DNA from: Lepidodermella squamata
Lineage: Eukaryota; Animalia; Gastrotricha
Reading direction: 5' to 3'
DNA: 64,000 bases
NCBI GenBank assembly: GCA_047495785.1
Contig: JBLDXI010000009.1
Coordinates: 62,001-126,000, forward strand
Shown: in pieces, positions 13,515-33,704 of the stretch
Layout of the letters: each line of letters opens with the position of its first letter
How positions within the stretch are numbered: position 1 is the first letter of the stretch
Program-made: the position numbers and the translations under genes
Notes under the pieces: generated by a model
Told to the model about the DNA's origin: nothing
The model's input: the letters and a program-made list of their open reading frames with translations, nothing else
Database searches by the model: none

Positions 13515-15496
13515 TCAAGCAGATGCTTGATATTCATCTGGTTCCACCTCAATTTGCAGAGTCAAATCATTGATGCCATATTTTTTGCGGATAAGCTTCC
13601 GGCATTCTTTCAGAACGCTTCCATAATCGGATCCCGTGTAATCGATGTGAGCCGCCATCGCTATCTTTGAAGCTATAAAAATCAGCGCATAAAAAAGTAT
13701 TGAGATACTCAAGATCATCTTACAAGTCAGTGCCCAAATTCGAACGTGGTGAACAGACATGATGCCAGGAATCTGCGGGATGAAATCGAAGAATTGTCAG
13801 GAACAATGATTATTAAACGGTATAAATTATCATACCTTAAGCAAATCCTCTTTCATGTTCTCATAGTCAATATTACCAGGTGCTCCTTCCATTAATATGT
13901 AGAATACATCCTTCACAATAGTAATTGTGGTGATCAAAACGAGAGCAGAAAACAAAAATGTGCAAATTGGGTCTGCAACCTTGTACTCGGGTTGAAAATA
14001 GATAATAAGAGATGCAATCATGACACCAACACTTTGACACAGGTCACCTAGCATATTCATTACAGCAGCTCGAATATTCATCTGGTCATGCGTTGACGCT
14101 GGCGCGCTGTGGGCGTGACCGTGACCGTGACTACTAGTCGATTCCTGATTGTTTGGCGACGATGTTGCGCCATAATTGTTTCCCATATTAGCTTGCGAGT
14201 TGATGTTCTGTTCCTCGTCTCGTCGTTTGGGTTTATTTGGAGGAGGAACTCCATGACTGTGACCATGGCCGTGCCCATCGTTACCATGTTGCAGTTGAAC
14301 GCCCATGAACAGATTAATACCAACTCCAAGGCTTGATGTGATGAGCATTACTTTTGCATCGATTTCAAAATCCATGCTGCTGATTCGTTGTACTGCTAGC
14401 AGAAATAGAATCGCCGTTATCGCCCATACTAAGATTACCGAAATTAAAGCCCCTAAAATTTCTGCTCGATACCATCCAAATGTAAGCTTCCTGCTAGCTG
14501 GTCTCTTCGATAGTGAAATGGCGGCGATACTAATGCCGAATCCAACAAGATCAGTCAGCAAATGCAACGCGTCCGTCATGATAGCCAAACTTCCACTAAC
14601 GATTCCACCGACAATTTCGGCAGACATGAATACGAAAATCAGGCAACAAGCAATGATGAGCTTCTTCCGAGCCAAACTTGACGCGTCATGTTCATCGCTT
14701 TCTGTTGTAATAATGACAACAGAGTATTTTTTCATAGGTTCTCAGGCAATTTTCTCAAGGTCTGTGGCGGTATGCTTGCTAACATGCCACCCATAGATAT
14801 TATTTGATGAATAAGCGATGATTAAGCATATAATCTTGAGAATTGGCAAAGTTTTGATCTTCCTGATAAATGTTAGCGCTCATTCGATTATCGTAAAATG
14901 CGACTTAGGTACTAAAATCCCTTGGAACAAGCAAGTTTTGGAAAGAAAGACCATCTTGAATTTCTCGGGTTCAATCGCGCATCCTTTTTGGGAGATTTTT
15001 CCACTTTTTAAGGAAATAACATGCAAAGATGCTGGAAAATTCACCTAATCGCATGCTTCAGCAATTTTTAGCCCACCCAATAGCTGTACCGTGGATTCGA
15101 TGGTTCCACCAATAAATGCGCGCGAAGCAATGGCTAGCATACCCGGGCGAATGCCATATTGAGTAAGAGTCCTACACGTTCCTATAGTCTATCGAGTTTT
15201 CCCGCGCTTGTGATTTTTTGAACCAGCTTGTGTTAGAAGTCTGCATTGTGCGATGCTCTTCGACGCACAAAGCTGGGTTCAGTTTAACCACAGCTAAGTC
15301 GGGCGAACTGATCTAATTTGAAGTTGTACCTATGTGCTTTTTTCGCCCAGAACTCACCATCATCCGAAGCGACAGATGTGCTGTCTAGAGAAAGCCGACG
15401 TGGGCGCCTGTTTACAATGTTTACTACGTCATCGTCATCGTCACCGGTCGGCTCTTCTTCTCGCTGAAATCTGACGGCATCGCTGCTTTCAGGCAT
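13515..15496 (-). CDS. SLC30A: CDF/SLC30 zinc transporter (ZnT2/3/4/8-like); probable exons 15496-15358, 14701-13836, 13772-13724, 13672-13515
   Basis: GGIVSGSLAIMTDALHLLTD, TFGWYRAEILGAL, His-rich loop, ADPICTFLFS, ILMEGAP, TLQIE. The first exon is inferred from a phase-1 match (DDG|GTGAGT...ACAG|AA) and is less certain. Confidence 0.92.
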
Positions 15497-18400
15497 TTCC
15501 GGTTGAGAAATAAAAAAGAATCCGCAGACTTGAATGAACAATCTATATCAGTCTGATGTATCGGCAATAATAAAGAAGCTGAGAGGATAATCTTTAAGAG
15601 TTTGAAGTTATAAAAGATTACATCTGAACTTTCGACAATCACCTACTATAGTGTGTGTTGTTATCAATTTAAGGTTGAAAATGTGCTCACAAAACCCCCA
15701 ACCCAGCACCATGATTAGATAAGTCTTGCAGCTCACGAGCCCTCTGTTTTAGTTTCAAATTCCCAAAATAATCTACGCCCTTTATCTTTTATTATTTAGT
15801 ATCTTTCGTTATTTAGTACGAAGTAACTCGATCGTCATAAGAACGTTTTGCTTTCCAAGTCTCCACTATACGAAAATTTATATATGGAGACATGTTATGA
15901 CAGAATAACTAGCCACGTATCTTTCTTCCCATATTCTTCCACTCTTCTTCCAATATATCCTGCTTCGCTTTCAATCAAGTATATTTTTACAATGTTCCTA
16001 GTCGCATGAAATTGTGGGAGGAGGGATTTTTAAGTGTTGGTAGCTTCTTTTTGTTAGACGGAGTCTCAACATGTAGAAGGGCGAACATTAGCGTCTCCTA
16101 GAACCAAGTCTCAATATGATCATCAGACCTTGCAATTAACGATTCAGTCATGCCGGGAAAACTTTGTGAAATCTGGTCATCGTCCAGAGCGTTATATTTT
16201 CAAGTACAAGCCGTAACATTTGCCATCCGCCATTGACTGCGTTGGTTCATTGTCTCAATTATATTTTCTGTCGTCATTATTAATCGCAAAACCTTTTGCT
16301 ATTCTGGAAAAGACCGATTTTTTGTGCTTCACGTTGTTTAACTAGCGTTTTGCAGTGCACCGAGCTAAGGAGCTTCCTTTTTTTCAAGAAGGCATACCCA
16401 GAACGATTAGTTTGGTATAGGAAGCCCATCTCATGCAACAAGACGTCGCTATAACACACGCTCTTTTTAATAGCAATATAGTTGTTAAGGTTCAAAGTAC
16501 ATCAATCAAAGCCGAGATAAATAGGCAGCGTTTGTACGTTTCACTTGGGCGATGCATTATAGTTTTAAACAATGGTGGCAGCCTCGCGCGAGCCCGCTGC
16601 CGGCATCAGCATCCGCACCGCCACCATCGCTGTGCGATTCGCTTTGTTCGAACGTTATTACGCTGTGAAGAGCCTGCAACGTCTTGCTCAAACTGTTATC
16701 TTGAAGGCTGACGTCAGGCGCGGCGAACAATGCATTTTTTATAGAGAATGGCACGGTTTGCGGCTCGGTGTATTTATTTTTTGCGCCTCTTGGCGTGTAT
16801 GTCGGCTGTCTGACGCAATATATTAGGAGCAGGGTCAAATAGGCGCCGGTAAATGCCGGTTTTGTATAGGAATAATAAATCATAAGTCTTATGATGTGTA
16901 TAATATGGACCACCATCAAAGTCGAGATTATTATTCAGGCTGTTTATGCAGAAGCTGCGCCACGCAAAAAAACGGCCGGTAAAAAAGGCGCTTCGGCGTG
17001 TTTTTGGTAAACAATCGACGAGCAATGGTTATACCAGCGCTTCCGCCCATGTGTCAGAGTGCTTCATTTTTTGCCCAGCATGAAACGCCCGGTACTACGC
17101 TCCAACGCAGTAGCATACTAAAAAAACGCGGCCCAGATGGACTTGGATAGGCGCGCAAACGTTCCGCGGCTCAAGTAGTGCTCCGACGGCGCAGCTAACC
17201 GCGGGCGCGCATGTAGAAGCGCGAGCAGGTCGCTAATTATATCGCGCGCTTCTGCCGCTGCTGGGCATTGGCGGCTGTATTTTTTCTGGAGGCAAAAAAT
17301 ACCCACATAGGTATCATGAGAGCGCAACTGTCGAATGCGCGCCGGCGTATTAGCTTTAATATTAGCGTTGATTATAGTGATGATGATAACAACGCCAGCT
17401 CGAGGAAGCACTGCTTCCTTTATAACATCAATATAACCGAACGGGCCTTTCAGCACATCCTAGCGCTCGCATGTTTCTGCTCGGAAAAGGTGCGCCTGCC
17501 GCTACGACTACGCTTCGATGTTATTATCGCCGGCGTAAAAGCGCTCGGACCCGCAATCGCGTAAAAACTAGATTGGCTAGAACTGAAGCCATATGGAATA
17601 AATGACTGGTATACAAAGCGCTCGTGTTCTATGTCTGAGAAAAGCAGTGATAATAGAGCCTGGAATGGTAGGGCTTGATATTTGCGTAGAGTCACACATG
17701 CGAGCTAGCGCAGACCATACGTCAGCCGAAGAGTATATCCAGGCCTATCGGAACCAGCGCCGCGCGCCGTTTGCATTCAATTTCTGCCTGAAACATTTCA
17801 TAACACATCTCTGCAGCCGCGGCAGCGCCGACAATTGCCCGCTACATGAACGCGCCTTATGAGGAAAATTGTGTATTTTACAAGCTCGGCAGGCACATAA
17901 AACCGCTCACTATTCGCTAATACCTAGATTCAATTGCGCCTTGTAAATCGCAGCGTATTATACACCCGCCTAGCTATTATTTATATGGCGTCCGCGAAGG
18001 AAAGAATACCTTTTGTATAAAACTTCTACCAAGCAACCTAGTGCAAGCGGGCCTCCTACTACTGTTAATATTGATATTACTGCCTGTCTTCAAGATGAAC
18101 AGTTCCATATACTTTGCCAGCTCGGCAGCTGCCGCCTGATCCGTACCATAACGATTCCACTGGTTATTTCTCGTCTGATGCTAGACGTAAAAACTAAACA
18201 GCGCATTTGCACTGCCTATCCTGCATATATCACCAAGCTGTAGAAACAATGAAAAGCGACCGTAGATTGCTCGGCGAGAAAGGTATGGCTAAGGCGAAAT
18301 ATATATCAGCGAAGGAACTGGCGCGCCATAGTATCAGACCATTCGTCTTTAAAATAATATTGATAATAATAATAGTTCTTCGCTTCCGTTTCACTGCTAG

Positions 18401-19501
18401 CATTGTACGCCGGAAATATATGTCGAAGCTGATATGTATACACGAATTGTCTGTTCGCTATACCATGAGACCGTTGCACTGCAGCACTGTTCAGAGCTGT
18501 TTAGAGCGAAATATATAATCATTATTATTATTACCATTACTATTTAGAACACCGTCTGCAGGCCGGCCTGAACAGGATTTTTTTCCATCGTCATATTTAT
18601 ACCTATCTTTGATCAAACCACCGAAACCATTATAGCATTTAAGACCTATGGATCCCACATTGAAGATACCATGCCTATCATGATGTATAAAATGAGCGAA
18701 GAGACGGTTTGTATTGCGATGTGCGGACCGCTTATGTCCCTTAATAGATACGATGGATGTACATTCCTTCAACTCTCATGCAAACCTAATACTCAATGCT
18801 TTTCTCCTGGTCGGTTATTTTCCGGTGCAAAATATGGTTTTTAATAACTTACTCGGCAAATCGAATTCGCTCGAACTAAGCACAAGAGCTATGTGTTGAA
18901 ATAATACATTGAATTGCATTCACATTACTTCTTTAGAATTTTCCTATTCGATGCCGACTTGGTTAATGGTTATTAACTTTGTCTTCAAATGTGCAACCTG
19001 ATTTTGTCTAAAATTAGCTTTCTTGTATATATGCTTCTCATTGTCCTCGGCTAATCGTTTATTTTCACAATGAAGTCGGCTTAATCGACATGGATTCTGG
19101 TTTGTTTGAAACTTGGAACCTCTCAACTCAAAAGAGCCCCTCCCGCGATTCTTTCTTAGGTTCTCAATTGAAATCACTTGCTTCCGTGGATCATAAACGC
19201 CGCTCAGGTGGCTTTCATTTAATACTCTCGTTCTAAAGGATAGCTGAAGCTTTCTTATTTATTGTGTACAGCGCCGTACACCCTAACCATTGCAAGCGCC
19301 TAGCACCTAGCACCTTGCGCCCAGCATCAATCGTACAATTGCCATATTTACATGCGACAATAATATTAAATTAACCTAGTCAATACTTTGACGATTGCCA
19401 TAATTTTTTTAATTTTTACTGAAAAACTATTTGTTTTAATGTGATTTTATATATTTGTGGAGTTTTTATTTGCTTCGTTTCTCTTTCGTTTGAGTGAATG
19501 C

Positions 19502-19511
19502 CTATTTTTAG
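19502..19511 (+). promoter_or_regulatory. MEF2 consensus site upstream of SERCA
   Basis: CTATTTTTAG matches CTA(A/T)4TAG, ~350 bp before the ATG. A single motif in AT-rich DNA, so weak. Confidence 0.3.
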
Positions 19512-19753
19512 CTCGGGCGATAGTACTTCGCATTGACACGTCGTCAATCGGGTTTTTCGCTTCTTGAATTTTCTCCAGTATTTGTGCTACAAGCTGCGAG
19601 CTGTGGCTCCTCAGAACCAAGTCTTTTGCCCCACTTGAGCATGTTTTGGGTTATTTTGACTATAGCTAAACGAGGACAGTTGCTTAACAAAAGACAAAAG
19701 AACAGTTGCAAGATGCGCTTTTCTCTTTGCTAACAGTCGTGTACGAAACTTGA

Positions 19754-27291
<7,538 letters not shown>

Positions 27292-30200
27292 TCTGTGAGC
27301 GGTTCAAAAATGCCAAAAATTATTGTTGATTAATGGAAGTCGCTGGAGGAGAAGTGGAAGAGGATAAAGAAGAAGACATGAAAAAACACATGTTCTGATG
27401 ATAAAAAAATGAACGTCTTACTGTCTTTTATGTGCTTTATTTTGCGTAACATATATGATATCAATAATCTATTCGTATGCGTTGAGCCTCGCGTAGCTGA
27501 AATTATACAGGATTTTCACTTATCGTATTTTAAGCTAGTTTTAAACTGAGGACACAGCACTGGTAATACTCGTTCTGTTATTCACGCGTTCTGTCGTCGA
27601 CGTTGCTGAGCAAGTGCAGCTTCACTGGATCGTTATGTGTTCTTGCTTTAAAACCACGTCATTTTAATCACTCTTTGTTAAACCGTTGACATCATTCTCT
27701 CACGATTGACTGACTGGTACTCGACTCATTTTTCACCTGGTTGCAATACGCCTGTTGTCCGCCGTGTTAGGCGGGCAGCAGGTTGTTGCAAAAAATGACT
27801 AATTTATCTCACTCGTTATTTATTGTATAAAGTAGTGGCAAACAATAAATAAAACCTCGAGAAAACAGAAAATGACAAATATACAGTAGCATTTCTAAAA
27901 ATCCTAGTCGATCAGTTGCCTCGCGGAAGGAGCAGGCAGTCGAAGTAGCAATTTGGCAGTTTCCAGCACAGCCGCAGTTTATGTCTAGTTGTTTCGCATG
28001 AATTTTAGACGACTTTAGGCCGGCGATCTGTAAAAAAGGGCTGCCAGCAACAGTCCAGCACTTCGGCCGGTCGAGTTGTAGTTAACGTGATTTTTGTCAA
28101 CGCTTCCAACATCCGCGTGCCTGTCCTCTTCTGATACCCGTGTTTGGGCAACGATTTCAGCAATTGGCCTTTCTATTAGAGGACTCTTGTAAACACTATA
28201 GTTGAGTAGCGCGGAACCTCCTAGTATATTGGATTCACTCAATATCATAATAAAACGATGTGTTGCGATGTTATGTCGTATTGCCTGAACCTCATCATTC
28301 TCATTCTTTCTTAATATTTCTTACCTACTACGTCATAAATTTAATGGAAATTTTGGATATTCATTACATATTTGAAAACTTAGCTGAATCTAACTCCACC
28401 CTTTAATAGCACAACGACCTTTTGGAGCTGAACAAGATTGAAACTGTAGATATCCGCTATTGTTTTCGAACCTTCCTAACGCGAATGTAACACATATCGG
28501 TTGCTTTAACATTTCATGTTTCTTTCTGTCGGCAGGTGTCATCCCATCTTTTAACCCATTCAGTATGTATGTATGTATGTACCTGCCCGTCACATCCGCT
28601 TATGTTTCTTGTAAAATGTTACACTAATCATTAATTTGAAAAATAAAATAATCTACAAATTTATCACAAAAAAAACGGAATTATAATGGTTAATTTTTTA
28701 TGACCGTCTTGACGGCAAAACTCGTACTACTTCCAAGGAACTAGTTTAAAAACTGCCGATGTTCAGCAGATACAAACGTGGAATAGAGATTTCGAGTTTC
28801 CATGAGAAGAAAGCTGAATCCCTACAGTCAGCGAACGGAGCGAGCCAACATTTGGTTATTATAGTGTGAAATGTACTACTACAAATCTCTAAAAATACAT
28901 GGAAATCACAGTTAATTTTTCTGGAAATTTCGTACGCGTTTTCCAAGATCCAATGGACCTACTCTTCAATCAAGTGTATTCCAAATTAAAAAATTTAAAC
29001 CTCCTTTGGTTTCGGTAGTAATCAACGCATTTCGCGACGTGAAGTACGAGAGAATGGCTGTCTGGTTCTGTTCATTTTGCTCTAAAAAGCCCGAAAATTT
29101 AGATTTTGAGCCAATTTCGGTGACGTCATTGAAAACAGAAGGTATTCTCCATGGCTGATGTAAACCGTCTAACGTAAGGTCGTCAAGTCGCAAAAGTTTA
29201 CGCCGAAAATGTATCCCTATCCATTTTGTCAACAGTTCTCAACGGTGACGAATATTGTTTGGTGCCTGTTACTACGAACTACGAAGTTACGAGTGTGGCC
29301 CAGACTGCCTTGGAAGACTGCCTTGTAAATTCAAGGGACGGCATGAGCTCACCCGATGTGTTCCATAAACGAAAAAAGAATAAATTGACTCACAAATTCT
29401 CACAAATTGACTCCGATATCGAGATAAGTTTTTTAGTTATTACCACAACGTGATCGGGGTCTCCACCTATTTGTAAATTTTCTTAAAATTTCAGCACTGA
29501 TTTCTCGATTAAGCTCCGCTATTCGGTTCTTGGTCACGAATCGCACGAGTCAGCACTATACCTGAACACAATACCTTGAGTTTTTCTTATAATACCTATG
29601 TTTGATTCCATATAGCCCAGCACCGAGTAGTTCTAATTGACTCGAGTGCGTTGTCGAGTTAAATAACCCAGTACTGATGTTGTTGTTGTTGCTGCTGCTG
29701 ATATATAGAAGGTGTCATGACCGTGGCAGCCGCACGAGAGCCAATTTTTGTGGGGCAATGGCTGGCTCGTGTCGAGTGAAGACGACGCGCGCGGCGCCGC
29801 TGCGGCATCAAAGCTGATGCGCCGCAACGCGTTGGACACGCTTATCTTCCCGACATCTTCCCGAGCAGTGTACGTTCAAAGCAGGCACCGGTGGTACCGC
29901 CTCGTATCCGGCCGTAATCGCCGGCCAAACAACAGATAATCGTACGGCGACGTACGCAGCAAACAGGTGCTATGAAGCGCGCTCGTGTCGCGATATATAC
30001 CTGCTCGCTCGATGCGATGACAATCTGAACACTCACGCGAGCGGTTCATTTAGACATTGACACCTCGGCCGAACTGTGATTCCCACCACCAGCAGCCAAA
30101 ACATGAACCGCCACTGTGTTGTTGTTGTTGTTGAGCCTGCGCGCACAAGCGCGGCAATAAACGCAGGTAATCGATGCGAGCTGCGAGCGCGTACACGACA

Positions 30201-30984
30201 CGCGACTCGAGGCGTTGAAAAGACGACAATAAAACGTATCGAGGCGACGAAACTGCGCCGTGCTAAAGTGATCTTTCAGCGGCCTAGGTGTCGGACGAAC
30301 TTGAAATTGGCGCAGGTCAATAAAATTCAAATTTTATCCTCCACTTCAAATCCGCACGCCAACGAACGAAAATACTTCTAGCTAAAAAGTGAACATATGC
30401 GCGTTTATGTTGAGACACTCTCTTTCAACTTCGAAATGCCGGTTCTGTTGCGCGGTTGAATGCTCAAGGCGCGGTGCCGCGCGGGAACAGACGGCGGGGC
30501 CGGCGCTCACTCACTTGATATCGATGGGAAGCGCTAGATCTTGAATCGGCGCGGCGCGCATCCCATATAACGGTCGTCTTGTTCATTAACACCTGACTTG
30601 GCGAACATGTTTAGTGCACGCCAAAGATCGCCAATTAACAGATTTGCTCACCGGCGCTGCGCGCGCCTCAAAGCGCAGTTGCGCAACTATCGGTCTGTCG
30701 CGATGCGCGCGCCTTTGACGCTGCCAACACTTGGACGTCTGTCGCCGATGCCACGGCGTTATCATTAATTGACAATAATAATTTAATCGCTATATTCGCT
30801 CCTTCGCCGCTCCCCAAATTGATGACGCACCGATAATCCAGCGCACTTGGCAGTTGGGCTCGATCTGATATATACAAAATTGCAATACTTTCTGTGATAA
30901 ACCCACACCACCGTTTTATGTCGGACGGCTCACTTGTAACATGCCGTAATGTTGTCGGGCACGCTCTCACCTGCGGCGCACGCT

Positions 30985-31147
30985 GATTGGCCGGCGCGCC
31001 AGCCAATCGCAGCGCGCGTAGCACGGGCAATTGTGGCAAAAACAGCGGCGCTATTAGCGCCTCAAATGCCGCATTCATATTTGATACCATTACTACTCTT
31101 AACTATGTTGGGCTCGTGCTGTGATTTGCGTCTTTTGCTCATAAATA
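30985..31147 (+). promoter_or_regulatory. Candidate Fezf promoter: inverted CCAAT pair and TATA-like box
   Basis: GATTGGCCGGCGCGCCAGCCAATC (near-palindrome with two opposed CCAAT boxes) and ATAAATA at 31141. Confidence 0.4.
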
Positions 31148-31278
31148 GCTAACGAAAAAACCGCTGTGCCCCTTTCTTTGTTTCCGCGCTGTGCACTTGT
31201 TAACCACGTCGTTTCTTATCGAAATGTTGTTTTTTATAGTTAAAAATTATCAACGTAGCCGAGCGGTGTTCAAGAGTC

Positions 31279-33704
31279 ATGCTTACAGCGTCATCGGCGG
31301 CAAATTCGTCGAACGACGCTGTGCACCCGACGGCGCGCATTTCAGCCTCGCGCAGCTCCGGCGGCGGCGACAACAGCAACGACGCGCCGTCGGACGATAA
31401 CGGCCCGCCGCCTCTGGTCAGCGCCACCCCAACTGCCGGCGCTTCGCTCGCCTTCTCCATTGAAAACCTCTTGCTGGCGCGGCAATCGCTCGACGCCAAC
31501 AGCTCCTCGCTGCCGACAGATGACAACGCTTCCACGGCATCGTCGGCCAGCCCGCGGCAACGGCATCGCCGGGCGCATCCTAACCCCCTCTCGGTGCTAG
31601 CCGACATGCGATCTGCTCACGTCCAACAACAGCAGCATCAGCAGCAACAGCATCAGCAGCAAATGATCAACCAAAGTCGCCGCCACCAAAGCGCCCCGAT
31701 TGACGCGGCTGTTGAATTGCAGGCGCGTCTCGCGGCGGCGAGCCAAGCTGCGCAGTTGTTGCGATCGAAGCAAATTTTCGACGCGGCTATGGCTCCCCAA
31801 CTGCCCAACAATGCCGACACCCATCAACAGCTCCTATCCAACTTCCTTGCCATGGCCAGTAGCCCTGTTAATTCGAATCCTATTTTCGGTCAGCTTAACG
31901 TCGCCGGTGAGTCATTTTAAAGAAGTCCTATGGACCAGTTGTAATAATCTTGTGTAAAATTTTCAGCTGCAATCCAGCAGCAACTGATTCGAAATGCCTT
32001 GCCTTCACTCGCTCATCAACAACAACAGCAACAGCAACAGCAACAACAGCAACTAGCCGCTAGTATGCTGCTGGAGCAGTTGATGGCCAATAATGCTGGT
32101 AGCATGCTAAGACCTCCTCGACCTCCAGCCTTGGTAACCCCGCCCCTCCAGCAGCCAACTTCGATTCCTCATCAGCCATTAATCAACGATCAGAGCCGAA
32201 TCGCTAATTGGCTGATGCTTCTCCAACAACAGCAGCAACACCAACAAATGATGACGCCGAATGTCGACGCCATCGAGGTTGCTCCTCTTTCGCCAACAAA
32301 AATCGTCGACCAACCTTCTCGTGGTCGGAAGCGCGTTTCTGCGCCAGAGGAACTCGACTTGAGCTTGAAGAAGCAACAGAGACCGTGCCGTGATAACAAC
32401 CGTAACGCATCGCCTGTGCTACTTCAGCGCAACTCACCGCCTTCGATCTCGCCCGAAATGGACGTTGACGTGATGAGTTCGGCGAGCAAGTCGACGCCGC
32501 CCGAAAGCGGCAAGGTCAAGGCGAGCTCGTCGCCCATGTCATCGTCGACTGGCAAAGCACAAACAACTGTGGGCACTGGCAGCAACCCGAGCAGTCGAGC
32601 CAACTCCAGCTCCAACAACGCATCGGCGCCTGGCGCCAATGCCGGCAAGACCTACGAGTGCCCTGAATGTGGGAAGCAGTTCAACGCCCATTACAACCTT
32701 ACCCGTCACATGTAATTTCTTAGATAATGTCTGTTGGCCTTCATAATTTTGGTTATTTTTTTATCCAGGCCAGTTCATACTGGAGCACGGCCATTCGTGT
32801 GCCGAGTTTGCGGGAAGGGTTTCCGCCAGGCTTCGACGCTTTGCCGCCATAAAATCATCCACACGTCTGATCGGCCCCACAAATGCAAAACCTGCGGCAA
32901 GGCGTTCAACCGTTCGTCTACACTGAACACTCATCAGAGAATCCACCAAGGATACAAGCCTTTCGTCTGTGAATATTGTGGCAAGGGCTTTCACCAGAAA
33001 GGAAACTACAAAAATCACTGCCTCACTCATAGCGATGAAAAACGTAAGTTTATTCCAGCGACTTTGTAACTTGTAACCTAATATTTTTTTATCATATCCC
33101 AGGTTACCGCTGTAATTTATGCAACAAAGCCTTCCACCAAGTTTACAACCTCACTTTCCACTTACACACCCATAGCGAAACGGTAATTTAGAAATTTTCC
33201 CTGAGAGATTTTATTTTTCATCCAATTTTCATTTCCCGAATTTAGAAACCATTCTCATGCGCAATTTGTGGCAAAGGATTCTGCCGCAATTTTGACTTGA
33301 AGAAGCATATTCGAAAGATGCACAACGCAGCATCTCCGACTGTGCTCGCGACGCTGAATTCGCCAAACGCAAGCAGCGCTATTCTAGCTGGTGGCGGCAA
33401 GCTCGAGCCGGTCGACTTGGCGACGAAGCCGGCGAATGGCGCATCGGCGGCGCAGCGCACGCCTGCGCGGCGCTCGCTACCCGTTACTAATCAGACAGCC
33501 AGTCGCAAGGCAGACGCTGGCGACAACTCGACGGAACTCGACGATGAAGAAGACGACATGATGATGGATGAAGATGACATGGACGATGACATGGACGATG
33601 AAGATGAGGAGCTGATGGACGAAGAAGTCGACATCACCGACGACGACGACGACAACAGCAACAACAACAATAACGAGGAAAAGATCAAAAAACCCCTGCC
33701 GTGA
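31279..33704 (+). CDS. Fezf: Fez-family C2H2 zinc-finger transcription factor (earmuff-like); exons 31279-31906, 31967-32711, 32769-33043, 33103-33182, 33246-33704
   Basis: eh1 motif [10 protein letters not shown]; six fingers including [84 protein letters not shown]. Confidence 0.96.
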
